Of a stretch of DNA of 64,000 nt, positions 55,747 to 64,000 are shown one piece after another. Position numbers and translations under genes: made by a program. Below the pieces are notes generated by a model. It was not told the origin of the DNA, searched no databases, and worked only from the letters and a program-made list of their open reading frames with translations. The stretch spans positions 26,464 to 90,463 of the forward strand of contig VEPI01000001.1 in assembly GCA_012026935.1 (NCBI GenBank), in the 5' to 3' direction. How positions within the stretch are numbered: the stretch's first letter is position 1; each line of letters starts with the position of its first letter. Origin of the DNA: Melioribacter sp. Lineage in GTDB: Bacteria > Bacteroidota > Ignavibacteria > Ignavibacteriales > Melioribacteraceae.

Positions 55747-57483
55747 TTATGTCATCCTCTTTGGGTTTAATCTATTAACCATCATATCGGAAATTGATGC
55801 GCCGGAAGGGATCATTGGGAACACCATGTCTTCCTTTACAACTTTGAACTCAATTAAAAACGGTCTGTCTTTCACCGAGAACGCCTTATCCAATAACGAA
55901 CCAACATCTTTAGGATTATCAGTTGAGTATGATTCAATTCCAAATGCTTCACCGACTTTTACAAAATCAGGATTGCTTGAACCTAGATCCGTAAAACTGT
56001 ATTTCTCTTTATGAAATAACTCCTGCCATTGTCTTACCATTCCCAGGAATGTGTTATTGATGATAAATATTTTTAATGGAAGTTTATTTGCAACTGCAGT
56101 TGTTAATTCCTGAATATTCATTTGAAATCCTCCGTCTCCACTAATAGAAATAACAGGGCGATCTTTAACCGCAAACGAAGCACCTATTGAAGCCGGCAAT
56201 GAAAAACCCATTGTACCTAAACCACCGCTGGTTAAATTAGAGCGTGGATTATTATACTTGTAATGTTGTGCTGTCCACATTTGATGTTGTCCAACGTCTG
56301 TAACTATAACTGCTTCACCCTTTGTTTTTTCGGAAATTTTTTCAATTACATATTCTGTTCTCAATCTGCCGTCATTATCTTCATAAGTAAGCGGGCATTC
56401 ATCTTTCCAAGCATTGATTTGTGCAAGCCATTCCGATGTATCAGGCGGGGCGGGTATTTCCGAAGCAAGTTCTGCAAGAATATGTTTTACATCTCCAACT
56501 ATGGGCAAATCAACAACAACATTTTTGTCAATTGCAGTCGGATCAATATCAACATGAATTTTAAATGCACCGGTTGCAAACGTATCAACCTTACCAGTTA
56601 CGCGATCATCGAACCTGGCGCCAAGAGAAACTAAAACATCACAACTATCAACAGCACGGTTCGCCCAATATGTTCCGTGCATTCCCAACATACCAAGTGA
56701 TAATTCATCAGTTCCCGGAAAAGCACCAAGACCTTGAAGTGTCATTGTAACCGGTAATTTATTTTCTCTTGCAAACAATGCAAGTTCGTTTGAGCCGTTA
56801 GACATTATTACACCACCTCCAACATAAAGCAATGGTCTCTTCGCTTTTGAAATTACTTCTGCAGCCTTTTTGATTTGATTACTGTGCCCTTTATAGGTTG
56901 GTTTATATCCGCGGATATCAACTTCTTCGTCATAAACAAATTCGCATTTAGATGCGATGACATCTTTTGGCAAGTCTACAACAACCGGTCCCGGTCTTCC
57001 TGTAGATGCAATGTAAAATGCTTTTCTTATTGTTGATGCAAGTTCTCTAACGTCTCTTACAAGAAAATTATGTTTAGTAATCGGGCGGGTAATCCCAATT
57101 ATGTCCGCTTCTTGAAAAGCGTCGTTACCAATAAGATGAGACGATACTTGTCCTGTGAATACAACAATTGGAACAGAATCCATATAAGCATCGGCGATTC
57201 CTGTTACAGTATTTGTTGCACCTGGTCCGGAAGTAACTAACACCGCTCCAACTTTGCCGGAGGCTTTTGCATAACCTTCTGCTGCATGAACAGCACCCTG
57301 CTCATGGCGTACTAAAATATGTTTTAGAAAATCAACATCATAAAGATGTTCATAAAGTTTTAGAACAGCGCCACCGGGGTAACCGAAAATATATTCGACT
57401 TTTTCCCGCTTTAAGCACTCAAAAAATATATCGGCACCGGTTAATAGATTGTTATTCCTTTTCATTTTAATTCTATCTTCCAT
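55747..57483 (-). CDS. ilvB: Acetolactate synthase large subunit
   Basis: 578 aa, with an alternative start at 57465. ThDP enzyme motifs are present (GYPGGA, GGLGTMGF, GDGGFQMN). Confidence 0.95.
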   Translation of the reverse strand: MEDRIKMKRNNNLLTGADIFFECLKREKVEYIFGYPGGAVLKLYEHLYDVDFLKHILVRHEQGAVHAAEGYAKASGKVGAVLVTSGPGATNTVTGIADAYMDSVPIVVFTGQVSSHLIGNDAFQEADIIGITRPITKHNFLVRDVRELASTIRKAFYIASTGRPGPVVVDLPKDVIASKCEFVYDEEVDIRGYKPTYKGHSNQIKKAAEVISKAKRPLLYVGGGVIMSNGSNELALFARENKLPVTMTLQGLGAFPGTDELSLGMLGMHGTYWANRAVDSCDVLVSLGARFDDRVTGKVDTFATGAFKIHVDIDPTAIDKNVVVDLPIVGDVKHILAELASEIPAPPDTSEWLAQINAWKDECPLTYEDNDGRLRTEYVIEKISEKTKGEAVIVTDVGQHQMWTAQHYKYNNPRSNLTSGGLGTMGFSLPASIGASFAVKDRPVISISGDGGFQMNIQELTTAVANKLPLKIFIINNTFLGMVRQWQELFHKEKYSFTDLGSSNPDFVKVGEAFGIESYSTDNPKDVGSLLDKAFSVKDRPFLIEFKVVKEDMVFPMIPSGASISDMMVNRLNPKRMT

Positions 57484-57485
57484 TA

Positions 57486-59162
57486 TTAATAATTTTTTAA
57501 AACTGCGCCAGTGTTTGCAGAAGAAACCATTATCGAGTACCGAGCAAGGTATCCACGTTTAATTTTCGGTTCAAACTCCGGAAGTGCATTTAATCTTTTT
57601 GAAATTTCTTCATCATTTAATTCAACATTTAAAGTTCTGCCGGGGAGATCTATCTTAATTATGTCACCATTTTGTAATGCAGCAATGGGACCGCGCTCAG
57701 CGGCTTCGGGTGATACATGCCCGATACAAGCACCTCTTGTTCCGCCTGAGAATCTTCCGTCGGTTATCAATGCAACTTTGTCTCCAAGACCCATGCCCAT
57801 AATCACGCTTGTAGGAGAAAGCATCTCCGGCATTCCTGGTCCTCCTTTTGGTCCTTCATATCTAATAACAACAACATCGCCGGGTTTTACTTCACCTGCT
57901 AAAATTTTTTCAACTGCTTCTTCCTGTGATTCAAAAATTCTTGCCGGTCCTGAAAAAATTTGCATATTAGAATTTACAGCGCCTGCTTTAATAACCGATC
58001 CATCTGGAGCTAAATTTCCAAAGAGAATTGAAAGTCCGCCGGTTTTGGAATATGGTTCTTCAACTGTTTTGATAACCGAGTTATCTATAATTCTTGAGCT
58101 TGATATATTTTCACCTAAAGTTTTTCCTGTAACTGTTGGTCTTGATAAGTCAAGAACACCAACTTTTGAAATTTCATTTAGTATTGCGGAGATTCCTCCT
58201 GCTCTATCAACATCTTCCATGTGAACATTTTTTGTAGCGGGACTAACTTTGCAGATATAAGGAACTCGGTCGGAAAGTTCGTTCAAAATTTTCAAATCAA
58301 AATCAATTTTTGCCTCGTTTGCAATTGCAAGAGCGTGCAAAACTGTATTTGTACTTCCGCCCATTGCCATATCAAGAGCAAAAGCATTCATAAATGACTC
58401 GCGCGAAAGTATTTTGCTGGGTTTTAAATCTTTTTCGATGAGAGAAATAATTTGCTTTGCTGCTTTAACTGCTAATTCTTTTCGTTCAGGTGCAACTGCA
58501 AGTATAGAACCGTTTCCGGGAAGTGCTAAACCTAATGCTTCCATTAAACAGTTCATTGAATTTGCGGTAAACATTCCCGAACAGGATCCGCAAGTTGGGC
58601 AACTGAAGTTTTCGTACTCTTTTAATTTCTTTTCATCAATTGTTCCGGCTTGAAATTTTCCAACTCCTTCGAAGACAGAAATCAAATCAACTTTTTCACC
58701 GTCAGGAGTTCTTCCGGCTTTCATTGGTCCGCCCGAAACAAAAATAGTCGGTATATCAATTCGTACTGCCGCCATTAACATACCGGGAACAATCTTGTCA
58801 CAGTTAGGAATACAAATCATTCCATCTAATCGGTGCGCTTCAACTACAGTTTCAACACAGTCTGCTATCAACTCTCGGCTTGCTAATGAGTAACGCATTC
58901 CGAGATGTCCCATAGCTATTCCATCATCAACACCGATCGTGTTGAATTCAAACGGAACACCGCCCGCTTCTCTAACTGCTTCTTTAACGATTCTACCAAA
59001 TTCTTGAAGATGAACATGACCGGGAATTAAATCTATATATGAATTGCAGATGCCGATAAAGGGTTTGTTGAAATCCTCGTCACTTTTGATGACACCGGTA
59101 GCTTTCAATAAGCTCCTGTGTGGAGCTTTTTCAAACCCTTTTTTAATTAAGTCAGATCGCAT
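57486..59162 (-). CDS. ilvD: Dihydroxy-acid dehydratase
   Basis: 558 aa. Motifs: CDKIVPGM and SGGTRG, among others. SD GGAG lies 7 nt upstream of the ATG. Confidence 0.95.
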   Translation of the reverse strand: MRSDLIKKGFEKAPHRSLLKATGVIKSDEDFNKPFIGICNSYIDLIPGHVHLQEFGRIVKEAVREAGGVPFEFNTIGVDDGIAMGHLGMRYSLASRELIADCVETVVEAHRLDGMICIPNCDKIVPGMLMAAVRIDIPTIFVSGGPMKAGRTPDGEKVDLISVFEGVGKFQAGTIDEKKLKEYENFSCPTCGSCSGMFTANSMNCLMEALGLALPGNGSILAVAPERKELAVKAAKQIISLIEKDLKPSKILSRESFMNAFALDMAMGGSTNTVLHALAIANEAKIDFDLKILNELSDRVPYICKVSPATKNVHMEDVDRAGGISAILNEISKVGVLDLSRPTVTGKTLGENISSSRIIDNSVIKTVEEPYSKTGGLSILFGNLAPDGSVIKAGAVNSNMQIFSGPARIFESQEEAVEKILAGEVKPGDVVVIRYEGPKGGPGMPEMLSPTSVIMGMGLGDKVALITDGRFSGGTRGACIGHVSPEAAERGPIAALQNGDIIKIDLPGRTLNVELNDEEISKRLNALPEFEPKIKRGYLARYSIMVSSANTGAVLKNY

Positions 59163-59274
59163 TAAATCTCCAGAATAAAAAAACCTCCAGAAATTCTTTA
59201 GGGTTTTGGTTAACCCCTTAATCTGATCTTGTGTTTAATTTTTATGTGATGTGATTTTGGGATTAACCTATTAT

Positions 59275-59433
59275 TTAGCTTATCACGGTAATTAGAATAC
59301 CGAGTAGGCTAAGAATAATAATCCCAAGGAGAATAATTGAAGGTAAGTTAATCGTTGAAATTGACACAACACCGCTTGCACCAAAGTTAGTGTTTTCTAA
59401 AAAGAGGATTCTATTTTGTGTTGTGCTTTTCAT
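59275..59433 (-). CDS. Candidate ilv-leu operon leader peptide (52 aa) with an Ile/Leu/Val-rich tail
   Basis: Short ORF not in the track: MKSTTQNRILFLENTNFGASGVVSISTINLPSIILLGIIILSLLGILITVIS. Of the last 20 residues, 15 are I, L or V. It lies 112 nt upstream of ilvD and downstream of a TTGACA-17-TATCTT promoter. Alternative reading: a small membrane peptide. Confidence 0.5.
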   Translation of the reverse strand: MKSTTQNRILFLENTNFGASGVVSISTINLPSIILLGIIILSLLGILITVIS

Positions 59434-59453
59434 GTTTGTTAAATTCTTGGGCA

Positions 59454-59482
59454 AAGATAGGATTTGAATTTTGTTATGTCAA
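59454..59482 (-). promoter_or_regulatory. Candidate sigma70-type promoter of the ilv-leu leader (TTGACA-17 nt-TATCTT)
   Basis: Read on the minus strand. The -35 is at 59482-59477 and the -10 at 59459-59454. It is followed by TGCCCAAGAATTTAA, which is nearly identical to the met-leader promoter context. Confidence 0.45.
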
Positions 59483-59603
59483 GGGAGAAAGTGTTATTTA
59501 TCAATAAAAATTTTTTCTTTTGGACAAGAAACTCCATAAAAAATATAGATTTATAATTATTCAAGATCATGAATAAGTAATCACTTTAAGGTTTTATGAA
59601 TTA

Positions 59604-60731
59604 CTAATCGCTTAAGAAATTTTTTATTACGGAATTCAATTGGTTGAACTCAATTAAGAATGCATCGTGCCCGTGTATAGAATCTATTTCGAAATAACTC
59701 GACTCCGGGATTAATGACGCAATTTCTTTTTGTTCTGCTGCAGGATAAAGAATATCGGAGTTGATTCCGACGCACAATGTTTTTGCTTTAATACTGCCCA
59801 AAGTTTCTTTGAGAGAACCACGTCCTTGTGCAACATCATGTAAATCCATCGCACGGGTTATAACTAGGTAAGTGTTGGCATCGAAACGGTCTACCAGCTT
59901 ATCACCTTGATAGCGTAAATAACTTTCCACTTGAAATCCCGGATATGAAATTTTGTTTTGCTGATTTTCGCCATATTTATTTTCCCTTCCGAATTTTTTA
60001 TTAAAACTTTCTGCACTTCTATAAGAGATCATAGCAATCATTCGTGCCGTAGATAATCCGTCATGTGGCTGTACCGTGTAGTTCCCGTTTTCCCATGCAG
60101 GATCATCAATGATTGCTTTACGCGCTGCTTCATTTAATCCGATACACCAGGCAGAGTGTTGAGCAGCAGTTGCAATCGGAATGATTCTTTCAACAAACTC
60201 CGGAAACATTAGCGACCATTCCAATACCTGCATTCCGCCGAGCGATCCGCCGGCAATGGCTTGAAGTTTATTCACACCAAAACTTGTTAATAATTTATAT
60301 TGAAGATTAACCATGTCTCGGACAGTTATTTTAGGAAATTCAATTCCATATTTTTTATTTGTAATAGGATTTATCGAAGCGGGCCCTGTTGTTCCATAAC
60401 ATCCTCCCAATATATTTGAACAAACAATAAAATATTCTGAAGGATCAAATGCTTTACCATGCCCAATCAATTCATCCCACCAGCCTTTTTGTTTTGGTGA
60501 AGTAGTAACATTAGATTTTCCATTGTTACGAAAATTATAATCAGATGCATGCGCGTCACCAGTTAATGCATGACAGATTAGAATAGCATTAGTCCCGTCG
60601 TTATTCAATGTGCCGTATGTTTCGTATGCAACAGTTACACTTGGCAACGTTTCTCCCGATTCAAGTACCAATGGTTCGAGAAAAGTAATACTGTTCGCTT
60701 GTTGAGTTTCTATAAAATTAATTTGTCTCAT
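59604..60731 (-). CDS. metX: Homoserine O-acetyltransferase
   Basis: 375 aa alpha/beta hydrolase with the nucleophile elbow GGSLGGMQ and a C-terminal HGHDAFL. Confidence 0.9.
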   Translation of the reverse strand: MRQINFIETQQANSITFLEPLVLESGETLPSVTVAYETYGTLNNDGTNAILICHALTGDAHASDYNFRNNGKSNVTTSPKQKGWWDELIGHGKAFDPSEYFIVCSNILGGCYGTTGPASINPITNKKYGIEFPKITVRDMVNLQYKLLTSFGVNKLQAIAGGSLGGMQVLEWSLMFPEFVERIIPIATAAQHSAWCIGLNEAARKAIIDDPAWENGNYTVQPHDGLSTARMIAMISYRSAESFNKKFGRENKYGENQQNKISYPGFQVESYLRYQGDKLVDRFDANTYLVITRAMDLHDVAQGRGSLKETLGSIKAKTLCVGINSDILYPAAEQKEIASLIPESSYFEIDSIHGHDAFLIEFNQLNSVIKNFLSD

Positions 60732-60756
60732 TCTTCACTCACTGATTAAAATTCAT

Positions 60757-62187
60757 TCATCCAAAATTCACTGCTTTACTTTCTTTTACCGAAGTGATTG
60801 ATTCTCCGAAGAATTCTTCATGCAAAACGTTAACTGTTTTTTCAACTTCCGGCGCATCAACAATAAAAGAGATATTTAGCGAGTATGGATCGTCAAGAAA
60901 GATCAAACTGTGTATTCCATAGTTATCCAATACATCATGAATTCTCCGAACAATAAGCGATTTGACATTCTGACTGATGCCGATAACTGAAACGAGCGAG
61001 AGATTATTCCTTGAATTTATATTACCGATAAAATTTTTCTCGATTTCCGGAATAAATTCGCTTTTGATCTTTTCTAAAAATAAATGTTCGAACTCGCTTT
61101 GCACTATTATTGACATTGATTGACCGTTAGCCGATTTGATGATTGTAATTATCGGTATTTCAAGTTGTGCTAATAAACCAAACAGTCGTGCGTATATTTT
61201 TTGTCCATAAATAGATTCCGTTTCATAAATACTTATTGACAACAGATTTTTTAGAAAAGTAATTGTTTTTATTTCTACATCATTTTGATTATCAGCATTA
61301 CCAATAAAAGTTCCTTTTACTTTTGGATTAAATGTATTGAGGATACTAATCGGCACATTTTGTTTTTCCACCGGGGCGATTGTTTTGGGATGAATAACTT
61401 TTCCGCCAAGCACTGCCAGACTCGATGCTTCATTATAACTCAGTCGGTTCAGAGTTATTGCTGATGAAACAACTTTTGGGTCAGCGCTTAGTACTCCGTC
61501 AACATCGGTCCATATTTCGACGATGCTCGCATTTAGAGCACCGCCGATTATTGTTGCGGTAAAATCCGATCCGCTTCTTCCAAGAGATGTAACATATCCA
61601 TTTTCATCAGAGCCGGTAAATCCATTTACTGCAGGGATTTGATTTTGATTTAATCCTGTATACCACTCTTGAAGCAACTGATTTGTAACCGAAAAGCTTA
61701 CATCTGCATCACCATAATTAGAATTTGTCCTGATTAGTTTTTTTGCATTATGAAATTCACTGTTGATCCCTTGTGATTTTAGCGATTCGACAAGTAATGT
61801 ACTTGAAAGAAGTTCCCCGAAAGTAACTATCGAATCACTGATTCTGTCGGAACATTCTTGAAGAAGAAAAACCCCTTTAAGTTTATTTTCCAATTCACTA
61901 AATAATTTATCTAATTGATCCTTAGTTTGATGCTGGTTATTTACCGCAATAACTTTAGATAAAAAAACATAATGAATTGATTTAATCTCTTCGAGAATTC
62001 CGATATATTTTTGATTTCCGCTGCTTGAAAATTCTATCGCATTAATAAGTTTATCAGTAATTCCGCCAATTGCGGAAAGAACTACAATAGTAAATTCTTT
62101 CTTAAACCGGCCTGAAATAATTTCAGCAACTCTTAAAAATAAATCCGGTGTACCGATTGATGTTCCGCCAAATTTAATTACTTTCAT
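60757..62187 (-). CDS. Monofunctional aspartokinase (with C-terminal ACT-like regulatory region)
   Basis: 476 aa. Motifs: MKVIKFGGTSIG, LGRSGSDFTA, EIWTDVDGVLSADP. It is embedded between metY and metX. Confidence 0.9.
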   Translation of the reverse strand: MKVIKFGGTSIGTPDLFLRVAEIISGRFKKEFTIVVLSAIGGITDKLINAIEFSSSGNQKYIGILEEIKSIHYVFLSKVIAVNNQHQTKDQLDKLFSELENKLKGVFLLQECSDRISDSIVTFGELLSSTLLVESLKSQGINSEFHNAKKLIRTNSNYGDADVSFSVTNQLLQEWYTGLNQNQIPAVNGFTGSDENGYVTSLGRSGSDFTATIIGGALNASIVEIWTDVDGVLSADPKVVSSAITLNRLSYNEASSLAVLGGKVIHPKTIAPVEKQNVPISILNTFNPKVKGTFIGNADNQNDVEIKTITFLKNLLSISIYETESIYGQKIYARLFGLLAQLEIPIITIIKSANGQSMSIIVQSEFEHLFLEKIKSEFIPEIEKNFIGNINSRNNLSLVSVIGISQNVKSLIVRRIHDVLDNYGIHSLIFLDDPYSLNISFIVDAPEVEKTVNVLHEEFFGESITSVKESKAVNFG

Positions 62188-62199
62188 ATTACATTCTCC

Positions 62200-63546
<1,347 letters not shown>

Positions 63547-63561
63547 TTATTAATTGTAAAT

Positions 63562-63592
63562 AAAAAAGCCCTTCGTTTTGTGAAGGGCTTTT
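63562..63592 (-). terminator. Proximal attenuator terminator (unit 2) in the metY 5' leader
   Basis: The minus strand reads AAAAGCCCTTC-ACAAAAC-GAAGGGCTTTT, with a T6 run overall. It ends 33 nt before the metY ATG. Confidence 0.85.
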
Positions 63593-63615
63593 AATTAGTT
63601 GATAAATTTCTGTAA

Positions 63616-63747
63616 TTATATTATCCCTTCACGCATGAGGTCGGACATACACATCATAGCCATCATAATGCAGAAGAAATACTGAAGGTTAGCTGACCGG
63701 TTGTTCTTTAGTATAATATTTTCAAACGTTGTTTTCATTTTGCTCAT
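63616..63747 (-). CDS. Met-rich leader peptide 2 (43 aa)
   Basis: Short ORF not in the track: MSKMKTTFENIILKNNRSANLQYFFCIMMAMMCMSDLMREGII. It has five Met codons within seven (MMAMMCM) plus one more four codons later. The last codons, CGT GAA GGG, are complementary to the terminator 5' arm. Confidence 0.7.
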   Translation of the reverse strand: MSKMKTTFENIILKNNRSANLQYFFCIMMAMMCMSDLMREGII

Positions 63748-63762
63748 TTAAGTTTTTAAAAC

Positions 63763-63796
63763 AAAAAAGCCCTTCGAAGTTTTTCCGAAGGGCTTT
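63763..63796 (-). terminator. Distal attenuator terminator (unit 1)
   Basis: The minus strand reads AAAGCCCTTCG-GAAAAACTT-CGAAGGGCTTT, with a T6 run overall. It is followed 15 nt later by the start of leader ORF 2. Confidence 0.85.
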
Positions 63797-63818
63797 AACT
63801 AATAGTCTTTTATAAAGT

Positions 63819-63905
63819 CTATCCCTTCGTTATAAATAACATCATACACATCATCACGCTGCGCAAGTTTTTTTGAGAGATGTTATTTTTTACAAAGAGA
63901 TTCAT
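63819..63905 (-). CDS. Met-rich leader peptide 1 (28 aa)
   Basis: Short ORF not in the track: MNLFVKNNISQKNLRSVMMCMMLFITKG. It has four Met codons within five (MMCMM). The last codons, ACG AAG GGA, are complementary to the terminator 5' arm. Confidence 0.7.
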   Translation of the reverse strand: MNLFVKNNISQKNLRSVMMCMMLFITKG

Positions 63906-63934
63906 TTTTTTTGCTTGTTTAAATTTCTTGGGCA

Positions 63935-63963
63935 AATCTAATCCAAAAACTTCCCCGTGTCAA
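63935..63963 (-). promoter_or_regulatory. Candidate sigma70-type promoter of the met leader (TTGACA-17 nt-TAGATT)
   Basis: Read on the minus strand. The -35 is at 63963-63958 and the -10 at 63940-63935. It lies about 30 nt upstream of leader ORF 1. Confidence 0.5.
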
Positions 63964-64000
63964 GTTAGTTTTATAGAATTCATAATTTTTTTGAAATAAA

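Noticed and set aside
57511-58224. 237-aa plus-strand ORF inside ilvD. Similar long antisense ORFs include 5338..5781, 31249..31638, 32191..32595, 50810..51166, 47602..47946 and 12760..13095.
   Set aside because: All lie fully within, and antisense to, strongly supported genes with clear family motifs. Their translations are low-complexity (Ser/Pro/Ile-rich) with no recognisable domains. They are shadow ORFs.
59177-59210. Calling a definite rho-independent terminator for the ilv-leu leader.
   Set aside because: The only U-run (U7) is preceded by an imperfect A/U-rich helix (AAAACC/GGUUUU plus a bulged C-G). This is far weaker than the GC-rich terminators of the thr and met leaders, so I left it as part of a finding rather than a feature.

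Overview
AT-rich bacterial chromosomal window. I recognised no rRNA, tRNA, CRISPR or mobile-element genes. The taxon is probably an Ignavibacteria-like member of the FCB superphylum. That is an inference from four proteins ending in T9SS-type sorting domains (LEQNYPNPFNP...KKMLLIK) plus one with a divergent variant, a PorV-like barrel, and a CarboxypepD_reg-type TonB-dependent transporter. The window has two halves. (1) 1-33.9 kb is a ~26 kb co-directional minus-strand beta-glucan (laminarin-type) utilisation locus. It holds 3x GH3, GH5, an esterase, a ROK glucokinase, MFS and SSS sugar importers, 2x secreted GH16, GH2 and a multi-CBM-like surface protein. It also holds a tightly packed operon of TonB-dependent transporter / ~1018-aa Asp-rich CTD protein / PorV-like barrel. 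No SusD-like gene is visible. The locus is flanked by a PPIase / membrane-anchored solute-binding protein / histidine kinase / sigma54-activator operon and a divergent GH16 lipoprotein. (2) 37.5-64 kb encodes amino-acid biosynthesis: thrA-asd-thrB-thrC (+), the convergent ilvD-ilvBN-ilvC-leuB-leuA-leuCD-cimA-gltB (-), and metY-aspartokinase-metX (-). Each operon is preceded by a short ORF that is absent from the supplied track and enriched in the cognate codons. These are TTTTT for thr, a 15/20 Ile/Leu/Val tail for ilv-leu, and two tandem Met-run peptides (VMMCMM and MMAMMCM) for met. Each Met peptide has its own GC-rich terminator and a directly visible antiterminator pairing. The tandem Met leader attenuators and the SusD-less transporter/CTD-protein/PorV-like module are my top candidates for undescribed biology.
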